This document shows, one piece after another, positions 1 to 6,627 of a stretch of 7,619 nucleotides of DNA (position 1 is the stretch's first letter; every line of letters begins with the position of its first letter). The stretch is from an uncultured Erysipelotrichaceae bacterium. GTDB taxonomy: Bacteria > Bacillota_I > Bacilli_A > Erysipelotrichales > Erysipelotrichaceae. The notes below the pieces were generated by a model. That model made no database searches, had not been told where the DNA came from, and saw only the letters and a list, made by a program, of their open reading frames with translations. Position numbers and translations under genes: made by a program. Where the stretch lies: positions 1-7,619 of the forward strand of contig CAYWGS010000068.1 of NCBI GenBank assembly GCA_964457525.1, written 5' to 3'.

Positions 1-88
1 GGTATACTGAAATTCTTAATATCATTAAATAATATTTGATGATTAATTGTTAGAAGCAATTAGTAAATAGTTAAGAATCGAAGAATGA

Positions 89-111
89 AAAACATGCATG
101 ATGCATGTTTT
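89..111 (-). terminator. Intrinsic terminator downstream of the ABC transporter pair
   Basis: Perfect inverted repeat aaaacatgcat / atgcatgtttt (89-99 and 101-111) lies 2 nt beyond the permease stop codon (114-116). Read on the minus strand, the stem runs into TTTTTCATTCTT. Confidence 0.55.
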
Positions 112-113
112 CT

Positions 114-1355
114 TTAAATATCGATATTATCTTTGGCGAAGATTAACTTCAAGGCTTTAACAAAGCCCAACTTATTACCATAGCTGAGTGATCCTAGTCG
201 ATATATCTTAATCGATAGATAGGCTAATCCAATACTTGTAAGAATCATTAGAATCATCGAAATAAGTAATTCAAATAATGGTACAGATGTTAGGAAATAA
301 CGAATTGGCATCGCAAGTATTGCGACAAATGGTACAAATGAACCAATCTTTACAAAGATATTAGTTGGTGCATTAATACCAATCGAAGCGGTAATGTACG
401 CAACCATGAATAAGAGTGTGATCGGTGTAACAGACGTTCCTACATCTTCAACCTTGGATACGAGCGAACCTAAGGAAGCATATAAGAATAGATACAAGAG
501 ATAACCAATTGCGGTAAATACTAAGAAGATTAAAATAGAATCCCAAGACAATCCAGTAAATAACATCTGACTGATAAACTCTGGATAACTGGCTTGATTA
601 ATGAAATAACCAATAAAACCTGCAGCTAAGATCAATGAGAATTGAACCAATCCACCAATCGCATTGGCAAGTACTTTACCAACAATCAATGCACTTGGTT
701 GTGTAGAAGTTATTAGAATCTCCATTGTACGATTATCCTTCTCACGTGCAACAGACGTTGAGACAAAGGATCCATACATAATAACAAGCATGTATACCGC
801 AAACATTAAGATATAAGAGATAAGGAAGCTGGATTGTGCATCCTTCCCTAATACTTCTTCGTTGATGGTTATTGGTGCATTAGACAATGTATCCACAACT
901 AGAGGGTCAATACCGAGTTCATTAAATGATTTATCTCGTTGAATACGTTGCAAGATACTAATCATCATTTGATCGGTAGAACTGTACATATCTTTGTTTT
1001 GTACAATACTTCTTATGGTTTGAGTATCCTCAATGATATAACCATTGTTGATAACACCACTCTTAATATCTTCTCTTAATTGATTTTCATCTGTATAGAT
1101 ATTGAGATCATTTCCAAAATAGACCGTTAGTGAATCAATTGAGACATCCGCTGTCTTTGACATAAAGCCAAAGTTATCATATGTAATAACTGCTTCATTC
1201 TCACCTTCACTTGAATTATCAAAGAAACCCATAACGGTAGGAATACTAGTGGCTAGGATTGCCACAACACACATAATAAGCGTTGTGACTTGTACAGATT
1301 TCTTGTTTAAGATACTCATCAATTCAAATTTTAGTACTTTAAATACATTATGCAT
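114..1355 (-). CDS. ABC-2 type transporter permease (NatB-like), multi-pass membrane protein with a large extracytoplasmic loop after TM1
   Basis: ORF track 114..1364. It has an N-terminal TM (LIMCVVAILATSIPTVMGF), then a hydrophilic loop of about 130 aa, then about 5-6 further hydrophobic helices, which is the typical ABC-2/NatB architecture. It overlaps the upstream ATPase gene, suggesting translational coupling. The track start at 1364 is a GTG that sits inside the AGGTGA Shine-Dalgarno sequence. The ATG at 1355-1353 is 5 nt downstream of that SD, so it is preferred here; 1364 remains possible. Confidence 0.8.
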   Translation of the reverse strand: MHNVFKVLKFELMSILNKKSVQVTTLIMCVVAILATSIPTVMGFFDNSSEGENEAVITYDNFGFMSKTADVSIDSLTVYFGNDLNIYTDENQLREDIKSGVINNGYIIEDTQTIRSIVQNKDMYSSTDQMMISILQRIQRDKSFNELGIDPLVVDTLSNAPITINEEVLGKDAQSSFLISYILMFAVYMLVIMYGSFVSTSVAREKDNRTMEILITSTQPSALIVGKVLANAIGGLVQFSLILAAGFIGYFINQASYPEFISQMLFTGLSWDSILIFLVFTAIGYLLYLFLYASLGSLVSKVEDVGTSVTPITLLFMVAYITASIGINAPTNIFVKIGSFVPFVAILAMPIRYFLTSVPLFELLISMILMILTSIGLAYLSIKIYRLGSLSYGNKLGFVKALKLIFAKDNIDI

Positions 1356-2262
1356 TTTCTTCACCTACTTTCACTACAAAGATGTCATTTAAGCTTGGTT
1401 CATAATGGGTGAAGAGTTCGATATCAACTTTTAAACGTACTAAGTCTTCAAGTAATTCTTGTTTAGTTTTTTGGTTTAAACATTCAATAATAAGCGATTG
1501 TTTATCATGATCAATCGAAATATCCTTAACATTCTCTTTTAAGAATCTTATAAGTTCATCTTGTTCATAGGTACTTGACTTTAATCTCAAACGACTTTGA
1601 CCTAAATCAGATTTAAGTTGTTTAAGATTCCCACTTAAGATAACTTTTCCCTTATCAATCAATGTAATCTCATCACAGAATTCTTCTACATAATTCATTT
1701 GATGACTTGAGAAGATAACAAGTTTACCTTTCTCGATGAGTTCTACAATGATGTCTTTTAAGATTTGTGAGTTAACAGGATCTAACCCACTAAAAGGTTC
1801 ATCCAGAATCACAATCTCAGGATCATTTAAAAGAGCTTGTGCTATTTGAATCTTCTGTTGGTTACCTTTAGATAAGGTTTCTAACTTCTGATTCTTTGCA
1901 TAAGTAAGTTCAAATCGTTCAATCCAATACTCAGCACTTTCTTTAGCTTGTTTATGATTAGCTCCACGAAGGGTAGCGAAATAGATCAATTGGTCAAGAA
2001 TCTTTTCTTTTCCGTATAAACCTCTTTCTTCAGGTAAATAACCTACACGGTAATGATTAGGGACAAAAGGTTTACCATCTAATATAAATTCTCCACTATC
2101 TGCTTTAAATACATCCATTAGAGTACGAATGGTAGTGGTTTTCCCTGCACCATTACGTCCTAAGAATCCCATTGCCTTACCTGATGTGACTGTAAATGAT
2201 ACATCATGTAAGATTTGTTTGCCTGAGAAACTTTTATTTATGCCTTTTACGTCTAATATCAT
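1348..2262 (-). CDS. ABC transporter ATP-binding protein (NatA-like / ABC-2 subfamily ATPase)
   Basis: Walker A GRNGAGKTT, Q-loop LPEERGLY, ABC signature LSKGNQQK, Walker B IVILDEPFSGLD and H-loop SSHQM are all present in order. There is a C-terminal extension of about 80 aa, as in NatA-type ATPases. RBS GGAGG (2267-2271 on the plus strand as cctcc) lies 5 nt before the ATG. Confidence 0.92.
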   Translation of the reverse strand: MILDVKGINKSFSGKQILHDVSFTVTSGKAMGFLGRNGAGKTTTIRTLMDVFKADSGEFILDGKPFVPNHYRVGYLPEERGLYGKEKILDQLIYFATLRGANHKQAKESAEYWIERFELTYAKNQKLETLSKGNQQKIQIAQALLNDPEIVILDEPFSGLDPVNSQILKDIIVELIEKGKLVIFSSHQMNYVEEFCDEITLIDKGKVILSGNLKQLKSDLGQSRLRLKSSTYEQDELIRFLKENVKDISIDHDKQSLIIECLNQKTKQELLEDLVRLKVDIELFTHYEPSLNDIFVVKVGEENA

Positions 2263-2286
2263 AAATCCTCCTATTCTCTACTCCTT

Positions 2287-2315
2287 ACTGTAGGATTCAT
2301 AAGGACAGATGTCAA
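2287..2315 (-). promoter_or_regulatory. Sigma-A-type promoter for the ABC transporter operon
   Basis: On the minus strand: TTGACA (2315-2310), an exact 17-nt spacer, then TACAGT (2292-2287). It lies about 25 nt upstream of the ATPase start and just downstream of the nrdJ terminator. Confidence 0.6.
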
Positions 2316-2328
2316 TTAAGATAGCGTT

Positions 2329-2352
2329 AAAAAAGCGTTTCTTTCGAAACAC
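2329..2352 (-). terminator. Intrinsic terminator of nrdJ
   Basis: On the minus strand: GTGTTTC-GAAA-GAAACGC (7-bp stem including one G-U pair, GAAA tetraloop) followed directly by TTTTTT. It begins 6 nt after the nrdJ stop codon. Confidence 0.8.
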
Positions 2353-2358
2353 TTTAGT

Positions 2359-4875
2359 TTATAGACCACATTTTAATTGAGCATTACAGTTGGTACATGT
2401 ATTACATCCACCAATTTCCTCAACCGTACCTTCTAAGCAGATTGGACAAATATCGCCAACCTCAACACCGATGTTACGATCTTGACGGTCTGCTCTCAAA
2501 TCTGTTTTCTTCTCTTCAACTTGTTTTTCCTTTACGTTGATACCGAAGTCATGAACGATATCCATTTGAGCCCAGTTGCTTTCATCATCATTGGATAAGG
2601 AAAGTACTTGAGAATCACGTGAACCATCGACATAAACGGTACCACCCTTAGCACCACCATCATAGAGACGTTCATAAATCTTTTGAACTTGACGAACGGA
2701 GAATCCACGAGGGGCATTAACAGTCTTAGAAATCGAGGAGTCAATCCAACGTTGAATGGCACATTGAGTATCCGCATGTTCTTCTGGCGTTAATTCCATC
2801 GCACTTACGAAGTAATCAGGAAGAGTTTGTTTAGTGTAACCTGGATTGAGTTCCAACCAATCTTCTACAATCTTAGCGTTAACTTCAATAAACTTACCTA
2901 ATCTTCCACTTCTAAAGTATGAGAAGGAGAAGTAAGGTTCAAGACCGGTCGATACACCCACCATTGTTCCAGTTGAGCCAGTAGGCGCAATCGTTAATAA
3001 GTGAGAGTTACGAATACCATATTTTAGAATATCTTGACGAATAGATTCGTCTAATTTCTTCATATAACCAGAGTTAATAAATGCTTCACGATCTTCTAAG
3101 AATGGGAATGAACCCTTTTCCTTAGCAAGTTCTACAGAAGAACGATAAGCTGTTTCTGCGATTGTTTTAAATACAGAATCAATTGTTTCAATCGACTCAG
3201 GTGAACCATAACGTTTACGAGCCCAAATGAGTAAATCATGTAGACCCATAACACCTAGACCAATACGTCTTTCACCAAGGGCTTGTTTCTTGTTTGGTTC
3301 TAAGAAGTAAGGAGTATCATCGATAACATCATCTTGCATACGTACAGTAACCGCAACAGTATTTCTTAATTTGTCATACAAGACTTCACCCGTCTTACGA
3401 TCGACGAAGTTTGCTAAGTTAATCGCAGCTAGGTTACATACGGAGTATGGTGCAAGTGGTTGTTCACCACATGGATTTGTCGCAACAACTTTCTGACCAT
3501 ATGCCTTCGCATTTGTCATTTCATTCGCGTTATCAATGAAGAAGATACCAGGTTCTGCCGAATAGGTTGCACAGAAACTAATTAAATCCCATAAATCACG
3601 TGCACGAATGGTTCTGTAAGTCTTGATTGGATAACCAAGGGCTTCCCATTCACGAACATCCCCAACTTCATGCCAATGTTCATCGTATACTGCTTTTTGT
3701 TCAGAATTATAATGTTCTAAATCAGGGAAGCGTAATTCGAACATTTTATCGTTCTTAACCGCATCCATGAAATCTTTTGTTAATGTAACAGAAATATTAG
3801 CACCAGATAAGAATTCAGGATTGGCAACACTTAAGGAACCACCATTCGCTAATTGTTCACGTGCATAATCAGACACGTGGACAGGAACATTCTTATTCTC
3901 TGCTAGAGATTCATAAATTTCTTTTTCAATACGACTTAGTGGAACGAATTTTAATTTCTTCTCAGCTTCGTATTTAATCTGCTCATCTTTTGAATTCTCA
4001 ATAAGCCATTTTAAGACTTTTGGATTTTGCATCTTGGAGATAATAAACTCAATAATATCTGGATGCCAATCCGCTAACATAATCATCTGTGCCCCACGAC
4101 GAGATCCGCCTTGTTCCACAAGATGTGTTAAGTTCGCAATATCATTTAACCAACTGACTGCACCACTTGATTTACCACCAACACCTTTAGCAGGCGCTGA
4201 TTTTGGACGTAAAGTAGAACCATTCGTTCCAACTCCACCACCACGGGACATAATCTCCATAACTTCTTTACGGTGATTGGAAATACCGCCACGTGAGTCA
4301 TGGATAAATGGCATAACGAAACAGTTGAAATACGTAACTTGTGTTTGTGACCCAGCTCCGTATAAAACACGGCCAGCTGGAATTACATTCATCTCTGCCA
4401 ATTCTTCCGCAAAGACTTTTCCATAATGATCTCTAAATTCTTCAGAAAGCTCAGTCGATGCGAGTGATTTACCCACTCGTTTTGCGATCTGTTCATAATA
4501 GATTTCTAACGGTTTATCGACTTGTTTAAATGGGCGTGTAATAATGCCTGTACTCGCTTCAACTTCATTTTCAAGAGAAGCCCTAAACTCCTCTTCAAGT
4601 TTCAATGTTACATATTCGTGTTCACGATCAACATCAAGAACGATCCCAATTCCACGGGAAGGGAACTTAGGATCTTCTTTTACGATGGTAACAACGATAT
4701 CATTAACCCCCAGTGTTTTTAAACTACGATCTTTTTGTGAATATCGATCCAACATAACAAGACGACTTACACCTGCGTGCGTCAAATTAAAATCTTTCTC
4801 AATTGGAAAGATATGATGGAAATTATGTCGGATATCCGCATTCAATTTTTCGATGGTTGATTGTGTATAACTCAT
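2359..4875 (-). CDS. nrdJ: Adenosylcobalamin-dependent (class II) ribonucleotide reductase NrdJ with a C-terminal Cys-rich zinc-finger tail
   Basis: Large RNR-fold protein with the active-site finger-loop motif TNPCGEQPL, an upstream CNL/AAINL region, and a GSTG...GLEP segment typical of class II enzymes. It has no N-terminal ATP-cone and no adjacent beta subunit or activase gene. The tail CPIC-x10-CNTC-x2-C-x5-C matches the known class II C-terminal zinc-finger/redox tail. The ORF track begins at a TTG (4914), but the ATG at 4875-4873 is preceded by AAAAAGGGGTG-TTTTT (a good SD), and the 13 extra codons overlap a promoter -10 box. The start is therefore called at 4875. Confidence 0.93.
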   Translation of the reverse strand: MSYTQSTIEKLNADIRHNFHHIFPIEKDFNLTHAGVSRLVMLDRYSQKDRSLKTLGVNDIVVTIVKEDPKFPSRGIGIVLDVDREHEYVTLKLEEEFRASLENEVEASTGIITRPFKQVDKPLEIYYEQIAKRVGKSLASTELSEEFRDHYGKVFAEELAEMNVIPAGRVLYGAGSQTQVTYFNCFVMPFIHDSRGGISNHRKEVMEIMSRGGGVGTNGSTLRPKSAPAKGVGGKSSGAVSWLNDIANLTHLVEQGGSRRGAQMIMLADWHPDIIEFIISKMQNPKVLKWLIENSKDEQIKYEAEKKLKFVPLSRIEKEIYESLAENKNVPVHVSDYAREQLANGGSLSVANPEFLSGANISVTLTKDFMDAVKNDKMFELRFPDLEHYNSEQKAVYDEHWHEVGDVREWEALGYPIKTYRTIRARDLWDLISFCATYSAEPGIFFIDNANEMTNAKAYGQKVVATNPCGEQPLAPYSVCNLAAINLANFVDRKTGEVLYDKLRNTVAVTVRMQDDVIDDTPYFLEPNKKQALGERRIGLGVMGLHDLLIWARKRYGSPESIETIDSVFKTIAETAYRSSVELAKEKGSFPFLEDREAFINSGYMKKLDESIRQDILKYGIRNSHLLTIAPTGSTGTMVGVSTGLEPYFSFSYFRSGRLGKFIEVNAKIVEDWLELNPGYTKQTLPDYFVSAMELTPEEHADTQCAIQRWIDSSISKTVNAPRGFSVRQVQKIYERLYDGGAKGGTVYVDGSRDSQVLSLSNDDESNWAQMDIVHDFGINVKEKQVEEKKTDLRADRQDRNIGVEVGDICPICLEGTVEEIGGCNTCTNCNAQLKCGL

Positions 4876-4900
4876 AAAAACACCCCTTTTTGTAACTTCA

Positions 4901-4909
4901 ATTCTATCA
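4901..4909 (-). promoter_or_regulatory. Candidate extended -10 promoter dedicated to nrdJ
   Basis: On the minus strand: TGATAGAAT (TG at 4909-4908, TAGAAT at 4906-4901), 26 nt upstream of the nrdJ ATG and in the only sizeable intergenic gap of the B12 cluster. No good -35 sits at 17-bp spacing; TTGCTT lies only 13 nt upstream. This is acceptable for TGn-type promoters. Confidence 0.45.
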
Positions 4910-4919
4910 TACAAATTTA

Positions 4920-4942
4920 AAGCAATTTTTTGAAAATCGCTT
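4920..4942 (-). other. AT-rich hairpin between the adenosyltransferase gene and nrdJ (possible weak terminator or processing site)
   Basis: On the minus strand: AAGCGATTTT-CAA-AAAATTGCTT (10 pairing positions including one G-U), followed by TAAATTTGT. It starts 15 nt after the tandem TGA TGA stops of the upstream gene. The stem is AU-rich and the U-tract is interrupted, so termination efficiency is doubtful. Confidence 0.3.
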
Positions 4943-4957
4943 ACATTTAAAAATTCA

Positions 4958-5422
4958 TCAAACTAATTCATTCACAAAGCAATAATCCGATAAACGGTTC
5001 ACATATTGTAGAACAGCCGTATCGACTAATTGCGTTTCATTGACTCTAACTAAACTTCTTTCAGCTCGTCTAACAACAGTTCTTACATAATGTAGGAAGG
5101 CTGCTTTCTTGTTATCGAATGGATAGATAAAGTTCGAATACTTTGATTGATTTGCCTCAATGAATGTTTCTAATCGTTTTATACTCTCTTCTAAGTCAAT
5201 TGTTTTCTTATAGCCTGCTACATAAGCAGAAATATCATACAATTCCTTAACAATCTTCTCCCAAGGCTCTTTATCAAGTTCCAATTGAGCTTGCATATGA
5301 ATGATTAAACTACTGCATTCATCCAAATTACCAAGTGCTTCAATGACGGGTTCATCTTTTGAAACACGACCATCTTTAATGCTTGTAAACCCACGATCTC
5401 CTGTTTTTGTTGTGACTGGCAT
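4958..5422 (-). CDS. pduO: PduO-type ATP:cob(I)alamin adenosyltransferase (compact, 154 aa)
   Basis: N-terminal TKTGDRGFTS...VSKD...IEALGNLDE matches the PduO-type ATP-binding motif (KTGDxGxTS ... V.A.G..DE). The C-terminal RTVVRRAER ... YVNRLSDY matches the conserved helix-bundle motifs (R..RRAER, NRLSD). The ATG lies 1 nt after the upstream stop (TAAcATG), with a GTGGGG SD embedded in the upstream gene. Confidence 0.88.
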   Translation of the reverse strand: MPVTTKTGDRGFTSIKDGRVSKDEPVIEALGNLDECSSLIIHMQAQLELDKEPWEKIVKELYDISAYVAGYKKTIDLEESIKRLETFIEANQSKYSNFIYPFDNKKAAFLHYVRTVVRRAERSLVRVNETQLVDTAVLQYVNRLSDYCFVNELV

Positions 5423-5423
5423 G

Positions 5424-5927
5424 TTAACCCCACTTTCTTAATAGATTATTAAACACTTTATAAATCGGTTTAAATAATATTAGTATAAGACTATAATTCG
5501 AGAAAGCGTGAATAATGTCAAAACTTATGCCCCGAATCCAATAAACAATACCCATATTTAAGCCATATAAGATGGCATGTTGTACTGCAAATAAGAATCC
5601 GAAGAGAAAACCAAAGAGCGCGCCCAGCAACGCCCAATGATGTGCATTATCTTTAAGAATGGGTTTTAACATACGAATGATCAAAATCCAAACAGTCCAT
5701 ATCCATAAATAGCCAAGTACCCAATCCGCAAAACCCCAGACTAATGCTTCGAGAAGTGTAAAGACAAATACAATAATGACACTTTCTTTAAAACTTAGAC
5801 TTAAACCAATGATTAAAAACCACAAAGTGACGAGTTCAACATTGGGGATAAAGGATAATGAGACTTGTAAGGCTAAAGCACCTGCCGCGAGTAATGCGAG
5901 AAGTACGATTTTACGGACATTAAGCAT
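5424..5927 (-). CDS. Small 6-TM integral membrane protein, ECF-transporter S-component-like; candidate cobalamin-specific S component (CbrT-like)
   Basis: 167 aa, almost entirely hydrophobic, with about 6 predicted helices. It is Trp/Phe/Gly-rich and contains no Cys. Size and topology fit ECF S components. Its position inside a cobalamin-riboswitch operon, between a putative B12 binder and pduO, is the argument for substrate. The family assignment comes from pattern recognition only and has not been verified by search. Confidence 0.55.
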   Translation of the reverse strand: MLNVRKIVLLALLAAGALALQVSLSFIPNVELVTLWFLIIGLSLSFKESVIIVFVFTLLEALVWGFADWVLGYLWIWTVWILIIRMLKPILKDNAHHWALLGALFGFLFGFLFAVQHAILYGLNMGIVYWIRGISFDIIHAFSNYSLILILFKPIYKVFNNLLRKWG

Positions 5928-5930
5928 ATA

Positions 5931-6374
5931 TTAGTAACTCGCTGTAAATTCAAATGTAAAGATATCTTTATCATAAAGTGGTGTTATATCCATACCAGGA
6001 CAATAACCCGCACTAACACAATCTTGATTGGTTGTTGAGTTAAATAACCACCAAGGACCAACAGCACTATCTGTGGTTACATATTCTCCAATACCGACAA
6101 TATAACGACCAAATGGATCGGATACATTGCCTGAAAAGTTATACTCTAAGTTTTCTTCCTTTAATACAGTTTCTAAGAATGTACCTAACATCTCATCATC
6201 GGTACGTTTAGTCACATCTAAAATAACAACATCTTCACCTTCTTGATCAACGGTTAAAATGATTTGTACTTCTTTAGATCCTTCAACACCTTGTCTAAAA
6301 AACTGATTATAAACAAATAAACCACCGACTAATAAAACTACTGCTACTCCAATACGTACTACATTTTTCTTCAT
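5931..6374 (-). CDS. Membrane-anchored extracytoplasmic protein with a DUF4430-like (transcobalamin/intrinsic-factor beta-domain-like) fold; putative corrinoid-binding protein
   Basis: N-terminal uncleaved signal-anchor (KKNVVRIGVAVVLLVGGLFVY) with no lipobox Cys. The domain of about 110 aa follows the DUF4430 pattern: V.I....., an L.E.L..ENLEY.FSG stretch, G.YI..IG, GPWW.F...., and a terminal D.F.FEF strand. Strong RBS AAGGAGG (6389-6383) lies 8 nt before the ATG. It is the first gene after the cobalamin riboswitch. Confidence 0.6.
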   Translation of the reverse strand: MKKNVVRIGVAVVLLVGGLFVYNQFFRQGVEGSKEVQIILTVDQEGEDVVILDVTKRTDDEMLGTFLETVLKEENLEYNFSGNVSDPFGRYIVGIGEYVTTDSAVGPWWLFNSTTNQDCVSAGYCPGMDITPLYDKDIFTFEFTASY

Positions 6375-6395
6375 GAACTAAGCCTCCTTTACAAT

Positions 6396-6466
6396 AAAAA
6401 ATACACATCTGGATGTGTACAAAAAAGACAGGCTATGTCTTTTTATCTTGTTCCCAGAAGATAAAA
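6396..6466 (-). terminator. Riboswitch expression platform: three consecutive hairpins, two of them terminator-like
   Basis: On the minus strand: hairpin A is TTTTATCTT-ctgggaac-AAGATAAAA (6466-6441). Hairpin B is AAAAGACA-tagcc-TGTCTTTT followed by TT (6443-6421); its 5' arm shares 3 nt with the 3' arm of A. Hairpin C is TACACAT-ccag-ATGTGTA followed by TTTTTTATT (6419-6396). The RBS of the first gene follows C by about 6 nt. Confidence 0.6.
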
Positions 6467-6470
6467 CTAC

Positions 6471-6622
6471 GCTTATCATTGGCAGGTCTACTGGCTGATC
6501 GTTCATCCTCAAGGATCCTTCCCGTTTTTACAGTGGATACTTCCTCTTGTCCAGATCTACAGTTGCTGGGACAGCTCCGTTTACGACGGATTCCCTATTA
6601 AGCGTTGGCACCAATCCAAGCA
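6471..6622 (-). promoter_or_regulatory. Cobalamin (AdoCbl-type) riboswitch aptamer
   Basis: The minus strand shows the conserved cobalamin-riboswitch blocks in canonical order: GGTGCC..., AATAGGGAA, the P4 hairpin TCCGT-cgtaa-ACGGA, GCTGTCCCAGCAACTGTAG, the peripheral extension CCACTG...GGGAAGG, and the B12 box AGCCAGTAGACCTGCC (6496-6481). P1 closes as ATTGG (6615-6611) with CCAAT (6482-6478). Confidence 0.9.
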
Positions 6623-6627
6623 CCTTC

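Noticed and set aside
1-88. AT-rich left-edge region with the imperfect palindrome ttaatatcattaaataatatttgatgattaa
   Set aside because: The symmetry is poor, with several mismatches, and the composition is very AT-rich. There is no adjacent gene start in the window to regulate, so a protein-binding site cannot be distinguished from chance.
114-2262. ABC-2 exporter pair as part of the B12 system
   Set aside because: It is separated from nrdJ by a strong terminator and has its own consensus-like promoter. The ATPase/permease architecture is of the NatAB/ABC-2 efflux type, not ECF (no EcfT, no duplicated EcfA) and not the BtuCD type. It is treated as an unrelated neighbouring operon.
2532-4816. 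Five short ORFs (2532-2777 minus, 4034-4276 plus, 4146-4370 minus, 4522-4722 plus, 4544-4816 plus) nested in nrdJ
   Set aside because: All lie in alternative frames or on the opposite strand of a strongly supported 838-aa reductase gene. They have low-complexity or odd composition and no RBS, so they are shadow ORFs.
2359-4875. Possible intein or frameshift in the class II RNR
   Set aside because: The reading frame is continuous. The TNPCGEQPL active-site block is uninterrupted, and the length (838 aa) is normal for a tail-bearing NrdJ. There are no intein splice-junction blocks.
4876-4957. Second cobalamin riboswitch or NrdR box directly upstream of nrdJ
   Set aside because: The gap is only 82 nt, too short for a cobalamin aptamer of about 150 nt or more, and it contains none of the conserved blocks. 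I found no copy of the 16-bp NrdR palindrome (acaCwAtATaTwGtgt-like), single or tandem, when reading both strands.
6413-6601. 62-aa plus-strand ORF from the six-frame track
   Set aside because: It lies exactly antisense to the cobalamin riboswitch and its terminator hairpins and has no RBS. Its open frame is best explained by chance within structured RNA-coding sequence.
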